Shown: piece by piece, positions 10,701 through 18,752 of the stretch
Numbering within the stretch: the stretch's first letter is position 1
How the letters are laid out: each line of letters opens with the position of its first letter
Source: Candidatus Omnitrophota bacterium
Lineage (GTDB): Bacteria > Omnitrophota > Gorgyraeia > 2-01-FULL-45-10
Assembly (NCBI GenBank): GCA_020057115.1
Contig: JAGVGJ010000027.1
Coordinates: 5,058 to 69,057, forward strand
Reading direction: 5' to 3'
Length of the DNA: 64,000 bases
Notes under the pieces: generated by a model
The model's database searches: none
What the model was told of the DNA's origin: nothing
What the model saw: only the letters and a program-made list of their open reading frames with translations
Position numbers and translations under genes: made by a program

Positions 10701-11935
10701 ACGGCAAGCCAGTGGTCAAGGTGACCGATAACGGCGAGGGCATAACGCCGGAGAAGCTGGCCCAGATGCAGCAGCCGTTCTTCACTACCGGAGGCACGGG
10801 TATCGGCCTTACCGAGTCGCGCATAATAGCCAAGGACCATGGCGGCTCGATCGATGTGCAGTCAGAGCCTGGCAAAGGCGCTATGTTCATAGTCCGCCTG
10901 CCTCTCGCATCAGCACCCGTCTCTATACCGCCTGTCGTCGAGGTCGCTGGGCTGGTGGCGCCGGCACCAGGCGAGAGGGAAGTGGTGAAGGTTGAAAAAG
11001 TGACTACGCCTTTGACAAAGGTGGAAGAGGCTTCCAGGAGGCGTGCGAAAAAGGCTGGCCTTGAGATAGCGGTTTACCGCAAGAATGTAGTTCCGATGGC
11101 TGAGGAATTTGCCAGGTCCAAGGATATCGAAACCCTCAGGCGCGAGCGAGATATATTGCAGCAAAAATTCGAAAGAGGCGAGACATTGCCTATTTACCAG
11201 GATGAAGCGTATGAGCTTGCTATAGAGATGCTAGAGGGTGCGGCGCCGGCTATAACTCCGAGCCAGGTCATCAAGACCGCACTTGCGGATGCGGCTCAGG
11301 GAACCGCGAATATAATAGTCATGGCAGGGTCTGAGATGTATGTTGCCCAGCAGACCAGCATAAACCGCACTATGGCACAGCAGCTCGGCAAGACGCAGAA
11401 TATCACGGTAGTTCCTTACAGCTATAAATACGGGGAGAATATCGATTGGAAGGCCGGCATAACAAAGGTCTTGTCTATGGCAGTGCAGGACCTTCACGCC
11501 AGGATCAAGAAAGGCGATGCTACTGCGCGCGTGATAGTATTTGTGCCATTCGACGGCGTGAAAGATGTGAAGGCGATGGTGGCAGGCATAGACGCCGATA
11601 TGGTGCCCAGGGTGACGGTCGTCGGCGAAGCCAATATGCCGATGGACGGAGGCATAGATAACATAGTCCATATAGCGTCAGGCGTAAGCATGCTTGAATA
11701 TGAAAGATTCCGGAAAGGCGATTACGGTGATGCTGTCATGCCGCAGGAGTCCAAGATGCGCTTAAATGACCTCATGAAGCTTCTGGTCGTAGATCCAGCC
11801 GCTATCGATATAGGAAAACATCCGGATATAATAGACAGGATCCTGGACGGCCTTACCGCCATACCGCTCAGGCCGATCACCGGAGAAATATCCCAGCGCA
11901 TAGAGAGTATGAAGAAAGTCCTTCAATCACTTTAA
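1793..11935 (+). CDS. Giant (3380 aa) membrane-associated multidomain signalling/hydrolase protein; start may be ATG 1829
   Basis: N-terminal signal/TM segment; HIQDAHCN...LEG...GGFH domain; CPBP motifs EEGLYR/FIADH/HLTIN; DFRPEN/DYD kinase-like loop; HEFMH; GHLFGD and RVGGDEF GGDEF-like motifs; kinase RDMHAEN/VDLG; HATPase NAYKY, DNGEG, GTGIGL, HGGSI, PGKGA. Confidence 0.93.
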   Translation: MFRDRHPKKGLAMEKKNFFRQIVKAFIKHRARATALVVAIVFFFNTIYLDVALAAKTDAGLASVSTPSASTSKTSQPYKDLNIKDFILPDYLGTIKDRYISPSASGDVMIHIQDAHCNQPCQNKIADIISYLNSEYGIKVINLEGGSGEYDTAVFTRIGDMNIRQKVAETFVGEGMLNGGEYYAVLNPEKASLWGLEDASLYVKNLDVYRDSLKHKDEVDKYLKSLNHALSSLKAKMYSKDLLELDLKTSAYKSDNIDMRAYLAYLCDAAVRKGMGIDKFADIASLKKAIDLEKSIDFRTADVEREELFKALSKRLSKNAMEEFAAKAIEFKAERISPEVFYGYMLSRARSSGLKTDKYPELAKYLAYVSSYASIDKIKLTKEIESLENALKESYFENEGQRELASLSKNLIILANIFNLKLSKDDYDYYLANEGNFETALYAKFIQKNASIYKIADRLDNGVSDLDTYRKEISKFYEYSLKRDDAFMRNMKFGGGPGSRGQGPDSEVRGAVIVTGGFHSENLCELFKKSGISYISIMPSFKIEEGYACPYFKLLAGQTDGMQNRLYSIISSETRTSGMQIASMLSSAIAEAVWGKARVNAFRAAVEIDTMVTEGKRVLVVNDKGEVLKDARGEELVFGEGEDKPIRIAELLGIPSAEAPDVYAVPVQAVAPQKAAPAITPAPAAPVIRPLGGAVTGWLKRLTPGMPEWARALIAAPIVEEGLYRGFPLLASMATVLIAGAGFNWQLIMIGSVFFQIPAGLKFIADHYPKGRAPPSVIIKMLLAPSIVAIINAVILPLVFTNPFMFTGAAILSHLTINLAVMIANAIFPSVNIGFAAIGVSSGRPGPATSNIETLKRMMRDHASALERSAWDRSGRLGRYMLLMRELLDKGVFRVDFRPENAILTDNAMSAQTFDYDKLYEATNVSWDETKYFIFASVIQPARYVFRELARDASGKERADWFSEYFNDYLDAMFQAGVAKNIIGARSSRQRARIVGLVDAYNKNREDVSILQKQIATLKGKLKELESASRSPQTDAVKRSIEENISRIGSEYEKRSSVMRFISDDIETFLKESFQKVPMARLDQAEREWVYSHPRLAMLKRLGMNDEYDALVRQRRVIFSIVGQKGLAASEVRTRQGVADKNITRPVDIDSGLQQLLRAGVGKFAQGGINGVYERRQFISDLNAMIVSMRQGMSFAQSFENAMKEKDANYKLASSYRDILTMLKGPEGAGIETAATAFMKRLASRDAAAWSQVNMVMPEGYVFKMPLGKDLTFLEFKDIGKMPARQLAGKVFKVDSATSALSAVDMEGETGRLFLFALSRRHAGELIRIVNSTVDLPTGERAAISTIIFQDREQIAITRDALGLFTRELGGIQRQAEFLSMAAKDVPGLINPTTYFEINGKVFGSASKKFDAAQEVRKEIDKDIGRENVIREGMEKIDVKIKLSSAPFGAFTPYRIFDSSGNGISVKRYQNGVITIGARRNVDGKVMAVGVDETMSAEDLADENRLYGLIESLNRRAPGVDSDAMIRKVFTGMGILLPGVGEPALMHAGFGIAMSGYAFASVEDVEAHRVALQGEIDKGITPSSFVKDKVIIGGKEIQIVIHKTVLDRLDAVKKTLQGFIEECIKIRGPDYEATLRTKLAGKPLIFDALTRSPNLYGNCQNDGYIYINTNSPIQLDAVGVSHEFMHEADIFTDSETDEQALAKKDVELMQYVGIDIAKFMERLKDVTMPTGYLAAALAAIASARPVGTAAPMRLEGENLIASCDRSNACDLPNRHRYVEDLVKKLREGKRVEVVSLNIQNFKMEFNDRGNSLGPEVGHLFGDFGIQAVADALPKAIKATLEEKGIKGNFAVYNDGKSYFVIFEDMPAGFSATDALESMLKDDNTAFKRSVVKSVISETKKVKKWNDEATADFTKNFTTRNFNMYAGISAPASLKDEVGSGVDILKLAQRAVAQADLSAKAAQMRTGEILNAIFQQSDMEGKTEADIRKLIMDRAQSARTMAISAWRPYGAHVEDEIVALAKYSPKGEYEVIYRPIPEVYNEEATYENLINQYRVALKARDPAKVLKAKEKLYDKMLFYVPEPSVRSRYVRPIIVGMERFRDAINGLIRAPPQADWSGTFRVGGDEFAKIIFNAKTGVLRILRFDANNLGKMNAAWGSRIGDRVIDDMLRLIDKVQDPNDLMEYIYRYFDNTNERGENFRDNPLELTDTDHAYILRELVRLDIKDTSRYLISDESGRNYLVKVPPLSLTHQETGRSYKTGPSVSVGLVEIDTHLIPGKDRMRDFSPIQGRADSTAETVKSSIKRYQSEHDGAIDFAEVNRLMVNSQPFNTKALTTFERSPIDPLREEFARFIVSKLEKPAAPVTPEMAPVVPAAPALDFNVRIEAVSFKGVEAESWNKYKELLDMAQEIVSSIPRSELLTIIRNISGNKTLRFEDISKDIAISYFAEGVHKYVFRVAFSTKEGKPLEILLAAKKEKNLKDISGHELQNLKKLHGRGVPKFGGSFRSKDGRLWYLEEFIAGDTVGALQKQGALKDNVKRGIVATMLLIATGLNGMIPRDMHAENIMVEKGTGRVVMVDLGDRRLHITGKDATDAHRMLFIGMLLSQYGVNDKERPELDHVFFDAIANDRSLSEEGSLEMLQKAYAELEKRGQAGVVGYLAKEGRNMFVSVGAQNRDAARMDDFVGTFTRSLGSYLAKSGQLRGPPIMPISTAPVAAAVPGIVSLTDNIAEDMALRNVIALASFSHASNRLTEIMGMVQIVMTLTSDMIEILKKENASDAMLNEMRDIRRGMVDDGISKIIELHKKAIEQMRSGGKKYAPAEVSSWKEEYLKAYRSFEASAKRFDGVKEKMAAAVTDKELPKLLKWYGDVAPKLDDVLSDRASLMTGELKDELIDLREVLDRELFIKLLQAVVNNPATERYFDIRMPDGPVMVKGNRISLSALFTDLANNAYKYAEKAQKGNAKVIIELALENGKPVVKVTDNGEGITPEKLAQMQQPFFTTGGTGIGLTESRIIAKDHGGSIDVQSEPGKGAMFIVRLPLASAPVSIPPVVEVAGLVAPAPGEREVVKVEKVTTPLTKVEEASRRRAKKAGLEIAVYRKNVVPMAEEFARSKDIETLRRERDILQQKFERGETLPIYQDEAYELAIEMLEGAAPAITPSQVIKTALADAAQGTANIIVMAGSEMYVAQQTSINRTMAQQLGKTQNITVVPYSYKYGENIDWKAGITKVLSMAVQDLHARIKKGDATARVIVFVPFDGVKDVKAMVAGIDADMVPRVTVVGEANMPMDGGIDNIVHIASGVSMLEYERFRKGDYGDAVMPQESKMRLNDLMKLLVVDPAAIDIGKHPDIIDRILDGLTAIPLRPITGEISQRIESMKKVLQSL
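3277..3304 (+). repeat. Four tandem heptamers (GGGTCCA family) inside the giant CDS
   Basis: GGGTCCA GGATCCA GGGGCCA GGGTCCA, translated within GGGPGSRGQGPD. Confidence 0.75.
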
Positions 11936-11969
11936 GGATATCCTCTTTATCTATATTGGTCGCACGCCC

Positions 11970-11999
11970 TTGATTTCCGGATAATTCTATGTGTACTAT
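11970..11999 (+). promoter_or_regulatory. Possible promoter of the glycan locus
   Basis: TTGATT(11970-11975)-N18-TACTAT(11994-11999). Confidence 0.35.
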
Positions 12000-12032
12000 T
12001 AAGAGCTAATATAAAAGGATATTATATTTAAT

Positions 12033-13748
12033 ATGAGTGATTTGAGCATTCGAAATTCTGCGCGGGCCTGGTTGTGGCCCTTTTTTCTTATCCTGGCCGC
12101 CTTGTTTCTGTATTGCAACGGGCTTTTGAACGAAGATATATTCAGCCCGGATGCCGTCAGGATAGCCATGGACGGCGCCTATTTCCACGACCTCTTAAGA
12201 GATGCGCCGATATTCAATCTGTATGATTATACGATCCACTATTATGCTAGATACCCCGCTGTATCTTTAGGTTTTCGCGAGCCATTCTTCCAGTTTATCC
12301 TGGGCATCCTCTATCATATATTCGGCATAAGCATGTCTGTGGCCAAGCTCGGAGTGCTTATATTCGCGGCAATAGGCATAATCTTCTTCTATAAACTTGT
12401 GGAAAACATATATGGCCGAATAGCAGCCATACTATCGTCGCTTCTTTTTATCACCGCACCTTTTTTGGTCAGGTTTACGTGGATCCCGATGCTTGAGATG
12501 CCGGCATTGGCCATGTCATTAGCCACGATATACTATTTTTACAGATATGTTGAGCTAAAAGACAAGAAGGCGCTCGGTTTATTCTTTGTTATATTCGCGT
12601 TGTCGTTGTGGACCAAGAGGCTGACTTGGTTCATATTTATTTTTTGCGCCTTATATCTGACTGTTGCCGGAGGATGGAGGCTGTTCGTCAAGAAAGAGGC
12701 CCTCCGGTGGTTAGCTCTATTTATGCTCATGATCACGCCGCTTATAGTCATTTCAGCATGGCTTGGCGAGCCAACTATTAAACGCGCGGCTCCGCTGGCG
12801 AAGGTTGCCGTTACCGCGGACGCAGTAAAAAGCCAGGCGGCGATCAGAACGGTGGCTTTGCCAAAGGGCTTTGTTATGCGCGTTCCGGATTTTATCTATT
12901 ATTTAAAGGCCCTGTATAAATTCAACCTGACCTTGCCTGTCGTAGCGCTGTCTCTGGCCGGAGCGATCCTGGCGATATTTAAAAGAGACAGGAGGGCGAT
13001 ATTATTCGCATGCTGGATAATAGCCGTTTATATAACAATGATATCCATCAGGTAGAAAGAGCCCCGGTATGCGATATGCTGGATACCGGCTTTTATAGCC
13101 CTGGCCGGCAGCATTGCAGCCTATCCGGCATCCCGCAGGAGATGGGCCCCGCTGCTTCTCGCAGGGCTATTTGCCGGATGCATCATCTTTAATCTTTATA
13201 AGGTTCAAAGGATGAATGATTTTAGGGCCACCGGATTCAGGGCCGCGGCAGAATATGTGACAGAGGATCCCAGGGGGTCCACATTATTCTATGACGGGTA
13301 TGGTAACGGGGCTTTTGTATTCTGGGTGCGCAAATTTGATAAGGACAGGAAGACCATAGTCTTAAGAGGCGATAAGCTCCTGACATCTTCGGCCATATTC
13401 GATTGGAGGGATCTTAAGATACATGTCCGCTCGACCGAAGAGATATATGATATCTTCAGGCGGTTTGGCACGACATATGTAGTCGTCGAAAAATACGATA
13501 AGGCAGGGATACCGGTCCGGGCCATGCTAAGAGAAATGCTGAAGACGGGCAAGTTCCGCATGGTAAAAGAGCTGCCGATCGAAACATCCGATCCGGAGCT
13601 TAAAGGCCAGAGCATCTTGATATATGAAAGGCTTGAAGGTCCTGTGGCTCCGTATGGAGAGCTGGTATTGCCGTTACCGATAGTAGGCAAGGAGATAAAG
13701 CTGCCGATAGAGGACCTGGTGCAGGATGGAACGCGAAAGCGGAGATAG
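12033..13748 (+). pseudogene. GT-C (ArnT/PMT, GT39/83-like) membrane glycosyltransferase interrupted by an in-frame TAG at 13053-13055
   Basis: ORFs 12033-13055 and 13212-13748 are in the same frame. Reading past TAG gives KEPRYAICWIP... (K.PRY motif) and a further TM helix joining the second ORF. Confidence 0.8.
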
Positions 13749-13749
13749 C

Positions 13750-15156
13750 ATGGCGCAAGATAGGATCGTTATAATAGGAGCTGGCCCGGCCGGTATGGCG
13801 TGCGCTCATACGCTTACGGCAAAGGGCCGGCCATGCACCGTGATAGAGAAAGAGGATATGCCCGGCGGGCTATGCCGCACGCTCGACCATGGCGGATATC
13901 TATTTGACATAGGCGGCCATCGCTTTCTTACAAAGTCGGATGAGATCGACAAGCTGTGGCGTGAAGTTATGGGGGATGACATGCTTCACGTGAAGCGCCT
14001 GTCGAGGATATATTACAATAAAAGATATTTTGATTATCCACTCTCTTTCTTTAATACTTTCTGGAATCTCGGGCCTTTTGAAAGCGCGTTATGCGTAGCC
14101 AGTTATCTAAAGTCAAAGATATCGCGCGTCGATGATTCCACTTTCGAAGGATGGGTCATAAACCGTTTCGGAAAGCGCCTGTATGACATATTTTTTAAGA
14201 CCTACACCGAAAAGGTGTGGGCTGTAGCATGTACGGACATCTCTGCGGACTGGGCAAGCCAAAGATTAAGAGGATTGTCCTTGAGGATCGCGATAAAAAA
14301 GGCAATGCTCGGCATGAAGGGAAAGTCGCCGAAGACTTTATCCGGGGAGTTCCTTTATCCCAGGACCGGTCCAGGCGAGTTCTATTATAGGTTGAAAGAG
14401 CGGGTGTCGGAAGGCGGAGGGCAGTTTATATTTAAGAGAACATTGACCGGTATCCGGCATAACGCTAATAATGTGAGCTCGATAGAGGTCGAAGACGCTA
14501 GAACCGGCAAGAGGGAGGAGATGCCGGTAGAATATCTATTTTCCAGCATGCCGTTGCCATCCATGATAATGGCCCTGGACCCCGCTCCACCGGATGAAGT
14601 GTTGCAGGCCGCTAGAAATTTACGCTTCAGGGATTTTTTAGTGGTAAACTTGATACTGGACAAGGAGCGCATCTTCCCCGATCAATGGATATACGTGCAT
14701 TCACCAGAGGTCAAGCTCGGCAGGGTCCAAAACTATAAGAACTGGAGCCCGGCCATGGTGATCGATCCTAAGAAGACGTCTCTGGGGCTTGAATACTTCT
14801 GCACCGAAGGCGATGAGCTGTGGCGGATGAATGACGTAGACTTGATCAACTATGCGATTCGCGAGCTTGAGAGTATCGGAATAGTCTCCAGGCGCTATCT
14901 AGTGAACGGTTTTGTTGTCCGGTGCCAGAACGCTTATCCGATATATTCGCTGGGCTATCAAAAGAACATGGATATAGTGCGCGGCTATTTAAGCCGATTC
15001 ACGAATCTGCAGACCATCGGGCGGGGCGGGCTTTTTCGGTACGACAATTCGGATCATGCCTTATTGACGGGCATATACGCGGCAAAGAATTTTTTGGGCG
15101 CCGGGCATTATGATCTATGGAAGGTGAGCGCGGAAGACGGATATCTTGAATCCTGA
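13750..15156 (+). CDS. FAD-dependent oxidoreductase (protoporphyrinogen oxidase/UDP-galactopyranose mutase-like), glycan locus
   Basis: IIGAGPAG dinucleotide fold, GGLCRT, FDIGGHRF, GRGGLFRYDNSDH; GGAG RBS before ATG 13750. Confidence 0.85.
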   Translation: MAQDRIVIIGAGPAGMACAHTLTAKGRPCTVIEKEDMPGGLCRTLDHGGYLFDIGGHRFLTKSDEIDKLWREVMGDDMLHVKRLSRIYYNKRYFDYPLSFFNTFWNLGPFESALCVASYLKSKISRVDDSTFEGWVINRFGKRLYDIFFKTYTEKVWAVACTDISADWASQRLRGLSLRIAIKKAMLGMKGKSPKTLSGEFLYPRTGPGEFYYRLKERVSEGGGQFIFKRTLTGIRHNANNVSSIEVEDARTGKREEMPVEYLFSSMPLPSMIMALDPAPPDEVLQAARNLRFRDFLVVNLILDKERIFPDQWIYVHSPEVKLGRVQNYKNWSPAMVIDPKKTSLGLEYFCTEGDELWRMNDVDLINYAIRELESIGIVSRRYLVNGFVVRCQNAYPIYSLGYQKNMDIVRGYLSRFTNLQTIGRGGLFRYDNSDHALLTGIYAAKNFLGAGHYDLWKVSAEDGYLES

Positions 15157-15178
15157 ACATCGCATAAGGCCGGGATAA

Positions 15179-15943
15179 ATGAATATACGAAGATACCTCA
15201 ATTTATTAAGGGAGATAGCATTCTCCCAGTTCAAGATCAAGGACCAGAGCACGGTTTTTGGTTTTGTCTGGAGTTTCCTGAACCCGCTTGCGATGCTGTT
15301 GATCCTTTACGCGTTTTTCAGCATGCGGATGGGTGCCGAGATCGAACATTACGCTATCTACATACTTATAGGGGTGATCCAGTATAATTATTTTGCCACA
15401 GCTACCAGCACGGCTATGCGCAGCTTGTATTCCATGAAACAACTCGCTACAAGCACTATATTTCCGAAAGATGTCCTGGTCGTGGGAGTTGTCGTAGCCA
15501 ACGCCGTAGAATTTATCCTCTCGATGCTTATCTGCGTAGTGATAGCCTGCGCTTCAGGCATCCCCATATCCTGGGCGGTATTCATGCTTCCGCTGGTCAT
15601 TATATTGCAAGCCATGACCGTGCTTTGGATAGGATTCATATTGGCCACCCTATTCGTATTTATCAAGGACCTTGGGCACATCTACGAAGTATTTTTACGC
15701 GTGCTCTTCTTCGTAACCCCGATATTCTACGCCTTGAGTTTCGCAGGTAACGGTTTGCCGAGATATGTGCTCCTGGCTAATCCGCTTACCCATCTGATAG
15801 GTTTTTCCAGGGACATAATAATAAATGGCAAACCCTTTCCCGCGGCACCATTTGCTATCCTGCTATTCGCGAATCTGATATTGTTGCTGTTATCGATAAG
15901 GCTATTTAAAAAGTTCGAGAAAAAATTTGCGGAGTATCTGTAA
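15179..15943 (+). CDS. wzm: Polysaccharide ABC transporter permease
   Basis: GFVWSFLNPL, TPIFY, NPLTHLI ABC-2 motifs; multiple TM helices. Confidence 0.9.
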   Translation: MNIRRYLNLLREIAFSQFKIKDQSTVFGFVWSFLNPLAMLLILYAFFSMRMGAEIEHYAIYILIGVIQYNYFATATSTAMRSLYSMKQLATSTIFPKDVLVVGVVVANAVEFILSMLICVVIACASGIPISWAVFMLPLVIILQAMTVLWIGFILATLFVFIKDLGHIYEVFLRVLFFVTPIFYALSFAGNGLPRYVLLANPLTHLIGFSRDIIINGKPFPAAPFAILLFANLILLLLSIRLFKKFEKKFAEYL

Positions 15944-15944
15944 T

Positions 15945-16679
15945 ATGGAATTTGCGATCAATATAAAAGACGGGTGCAAGGCCTTCGCGCTGGAGAGGTA
16001 TCACGCTACAATGTTCAGGGCCATAAAGAGGAAGATCCTCAGGCGTCCTTTTTCCGCGCAGCATTTTTTGGCTCTTCAGAACATTAACATCGAAGTATCA
16101 CCCGGAGAAAAGATAGGCCTGGTGGGGGATAACGGATCCGGAAAGACCACTTTATTGCGGACCATGGCCGGCTTGTATGAATTGAGCGGAGGGCACATAG
16201 AGACTCGGGGCACAAAGATGATCCTGAGCGGTTTCGGGCTCGGGATGTGCGACGAGTTAAGCGTGGAAGAGAATATATATCTATACGGTACTATATATGG
16301 GATCGGGCGCGATGATATCAATAAAAATTTTCACGAGATAATAGAGTGGGCCGCATTACAGAAGTTCGTAGGCGCGAAACTCAAGACGCTGTCATCGGGA
16401 ATGGTGACCAGGCTGGCGTTCTCGATAAGCAGGCATGTCCAGGCCGACATATATCTACTTGACGAGGCGCTATCTGCCGGCGACAAACATTTTAAGGATA
16501 AGTGCGGTCAGGTATTTGAGGATTATAAGAAGGGCCCAAAGACGTTCGTGGTCGCAACGCATGACATGGAGTTTGTGCGCAGGTTCTGCTCAAAAGCCCT
16601 GTGGCTGCACAAAGGCAGCCAGATGGCATTCGGGGACGTGGAAAGCACGCTTAAGCAATATGCCGATTCCAAAGCCTAA
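15945..16679 (+). CDS. wzt: Polysaccharide ABC transporter ATP-binding protein
   Basis: GDNGSGKTT Walker A, LSSGM signature, LLDEALSAGD, ATHD. Confidence 0.9.
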   Translation: MEFAINIKDGCKAFALERYHATMFRAIKRKILRRPFSAQHFLALQNINIEVSPGEKIGLVGDNGSGKTTLLRTMAGLYELSGGHIETRGTKMILSGFGLGMCDELSVEENIYLYGTIYGIGRDDINKNFHEIIEWAALQKFVGAKLKTLSSGMVTRLAFSISRHVQADIYLLDEALSAGDKHFKDKCGQVFEDYKKGPKTFVVATHDMEFVRRFCSKALWLHKGSQMAFGDVESTLKQYADSKA

Positions 16680-16717
16680 TGGCTCATGTCCTCGACAGGA
16701 AGATAGCGGTGTAATCT

Positions 16718-18752
16718 ATGAGAAACGTAACAGCTATAGTGCTGAGCATAGGCGAGAAGACGACCGAGCGGGCCATCGAAAGCTTAAAAAAACAATCACT
16801 CCCTCCCAAAGAGATCATAGCGATAGAGAACGTCGCTCCGTTCCATAAGGCCCTGAATCTGGGCGCTTCAAAGGTTAAAACGGAGTTCTTCGTTCAGGTT
16901 GACTCTGACATGATCCTTGACAGGACCTGCCTGGAGGACCTCAGGCGCTCTATGAGGCATAATGTCGGCGTGGTGATAGGGCATCTCAGGGATCTTATCA
17001 CAGGAAGGGTTGTGGGTGTAAAGCTATTCAGAGCGGGATGTTTTAAGGGCCATCAGTTTAAAGACGTGATGTCGCCGGACACGACCTTCGCCGATGAGAT
17101 ACTAAAAGACGGCTGGAAGACCGTGTTTGCGCTTAAGTTTTCCGGTAAAGATGAAATAAAGTGGCACACCTTCGGAGAGCACAGGCCCGAGTATACAAAT
17201 CTTTACACCTATTGCAAGTTCATTTTAGAGGGCGGCAGATATAAAACAAGAAAAGACTTTGCGGGAATAAGATGGCATATAGAGAATTTGCGTGATTCGG
17301 GCCATGATAAATCGCTGATAGCCATTCTGGCGCTAGCCCAGGGCGTTTTGATAGTCGAGGATAAGGACGGCTTGAGGCCGTTTCAGTACAGCAAAGATGT
17401 CGAGTTCCTGGAAAGATTTTTGATCGCTGCCGGCGGTTCCGAGGCCGAGACCCCGATTTTTAAGGCCCCTGTAAATTTCAAACCGGAGGAGGTGTTCAGC
17501 GACAATTACAAGCTGGGCGCAGAATTCAGAAGAAAGAATTCAGCCGTATCATTTGAGCGCTATGTCGGGCAATTACTCAAGAACACCAGAGACACTTCCG
17601 CGCTGATCGCACTCTTTGGCCTGTGTCATGGATTGTTCGCGGATGACAAGGAAGCAAATAACGCCGCTGATGGCTATAGCTCTATCCAGTATAATTTGCT
17701 TAGGAAGTGGATCACGGAGTGGATAACCCGATACTTGTCAGTAGGCAGGAGGCATGCAATAAAAGGGGACCTCGGCGGGATCATCTGGTATTTCAGCCAG
17801 CTTGCAGATACAAAATACAGCGATTCACTGATCTCTCAGATCTTTCTTGCGGAAGGGATGTTTACGGCAGGCTCAGAAGACGTGTCCGGTCGCAGCGTCG
17901 CGGCGTCCGGATATTTTGATTTTTTGGAAGATTTTATGAAAGGCGGCGGCACCTGCGATATCAAATCCGACGATCGCTGTCACTGGGTTCAAGCCCGAAG
18001 AGATATTCCGTAGATTTATTACGCTGGGTTCGGAGTTGGGAAAGTCCAAAGCCACGCCATCATTTAAATACATCATGGAAAAGTTAGCCCTGAACAAGTC
18101 TATCATGGCATTGGTCGGGAAGATAGCTTTATGCCACGGCTTATTTTCTGACAGCTCTTCGGAAGATAAGATCAAAGGCGATTATTACATGCTTAAGGGG
18201 ATCCTGGCAGAATGGTTCGGCAGAAATTTATTGCAAGGAATAATACGAAAAAATGCGAAAGATCCGGTCGGGCTTATGTCGGATTTCAAGATCACAAGAG
18301 AGCTGTACGGTGCGGACGATGCATTGATCTCGGAGTTATTATTGGCGGAGGGGATCTTCCTGAAAAGCCAGAAAGACTTATCGCGGTTTTTTGTTAAAAC
18401 AAAATATTTCGATCATGCGGAGCGTTCCTTGGGTGGAGATGGAGACCACAAGCTCGATCCTTCGGATTTTTCGCCCATGGCCGATTCCGGATCGAGCGAT
18501 ATATTCGAAAAATATTACATGTTGGGATCAACGTTATGGTCTAAGAGCGCATCTGCAGCGATTAGAGAGCTGATGGCTGGACTTGATGCAGGCGCAGGCA
18601 GGCAATTCTTCGTCGCTAAAATAGCCCTGTCTCGCGGAGTGATGTCGGCTCTATCCGGAGCGCAAAATATATTCGAAGATTATAATCGTATCAAGCATCT
18701 CATCCGCCCGGAAAGCATTCTTTCCAGGATGAGAAGAATATTCACAAGATAG
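16718..18752 (+). pseudogene. GT2-like protein with three C-terminal helical repeats, split by a frameshift near 17970
   Basis: VQVDSDMIL DxD motif. The frame of 18036 extended upstream reads IAVTGFKPEEIFRRFITLGSEL, homologous to repeat 1 (VNFKPEEVFSDNYKLGAEF), so both ORFs are one gene. Confidence 0.75.

Noticed and set aside
13053-13055. Genome-wide TAG reassignment or pyrrolysine
   Set aside because: TAG terminates several full-length conserved genes here (ilvN, ilvC, aroC, aroK, topA), and no pyl genes are in the window.
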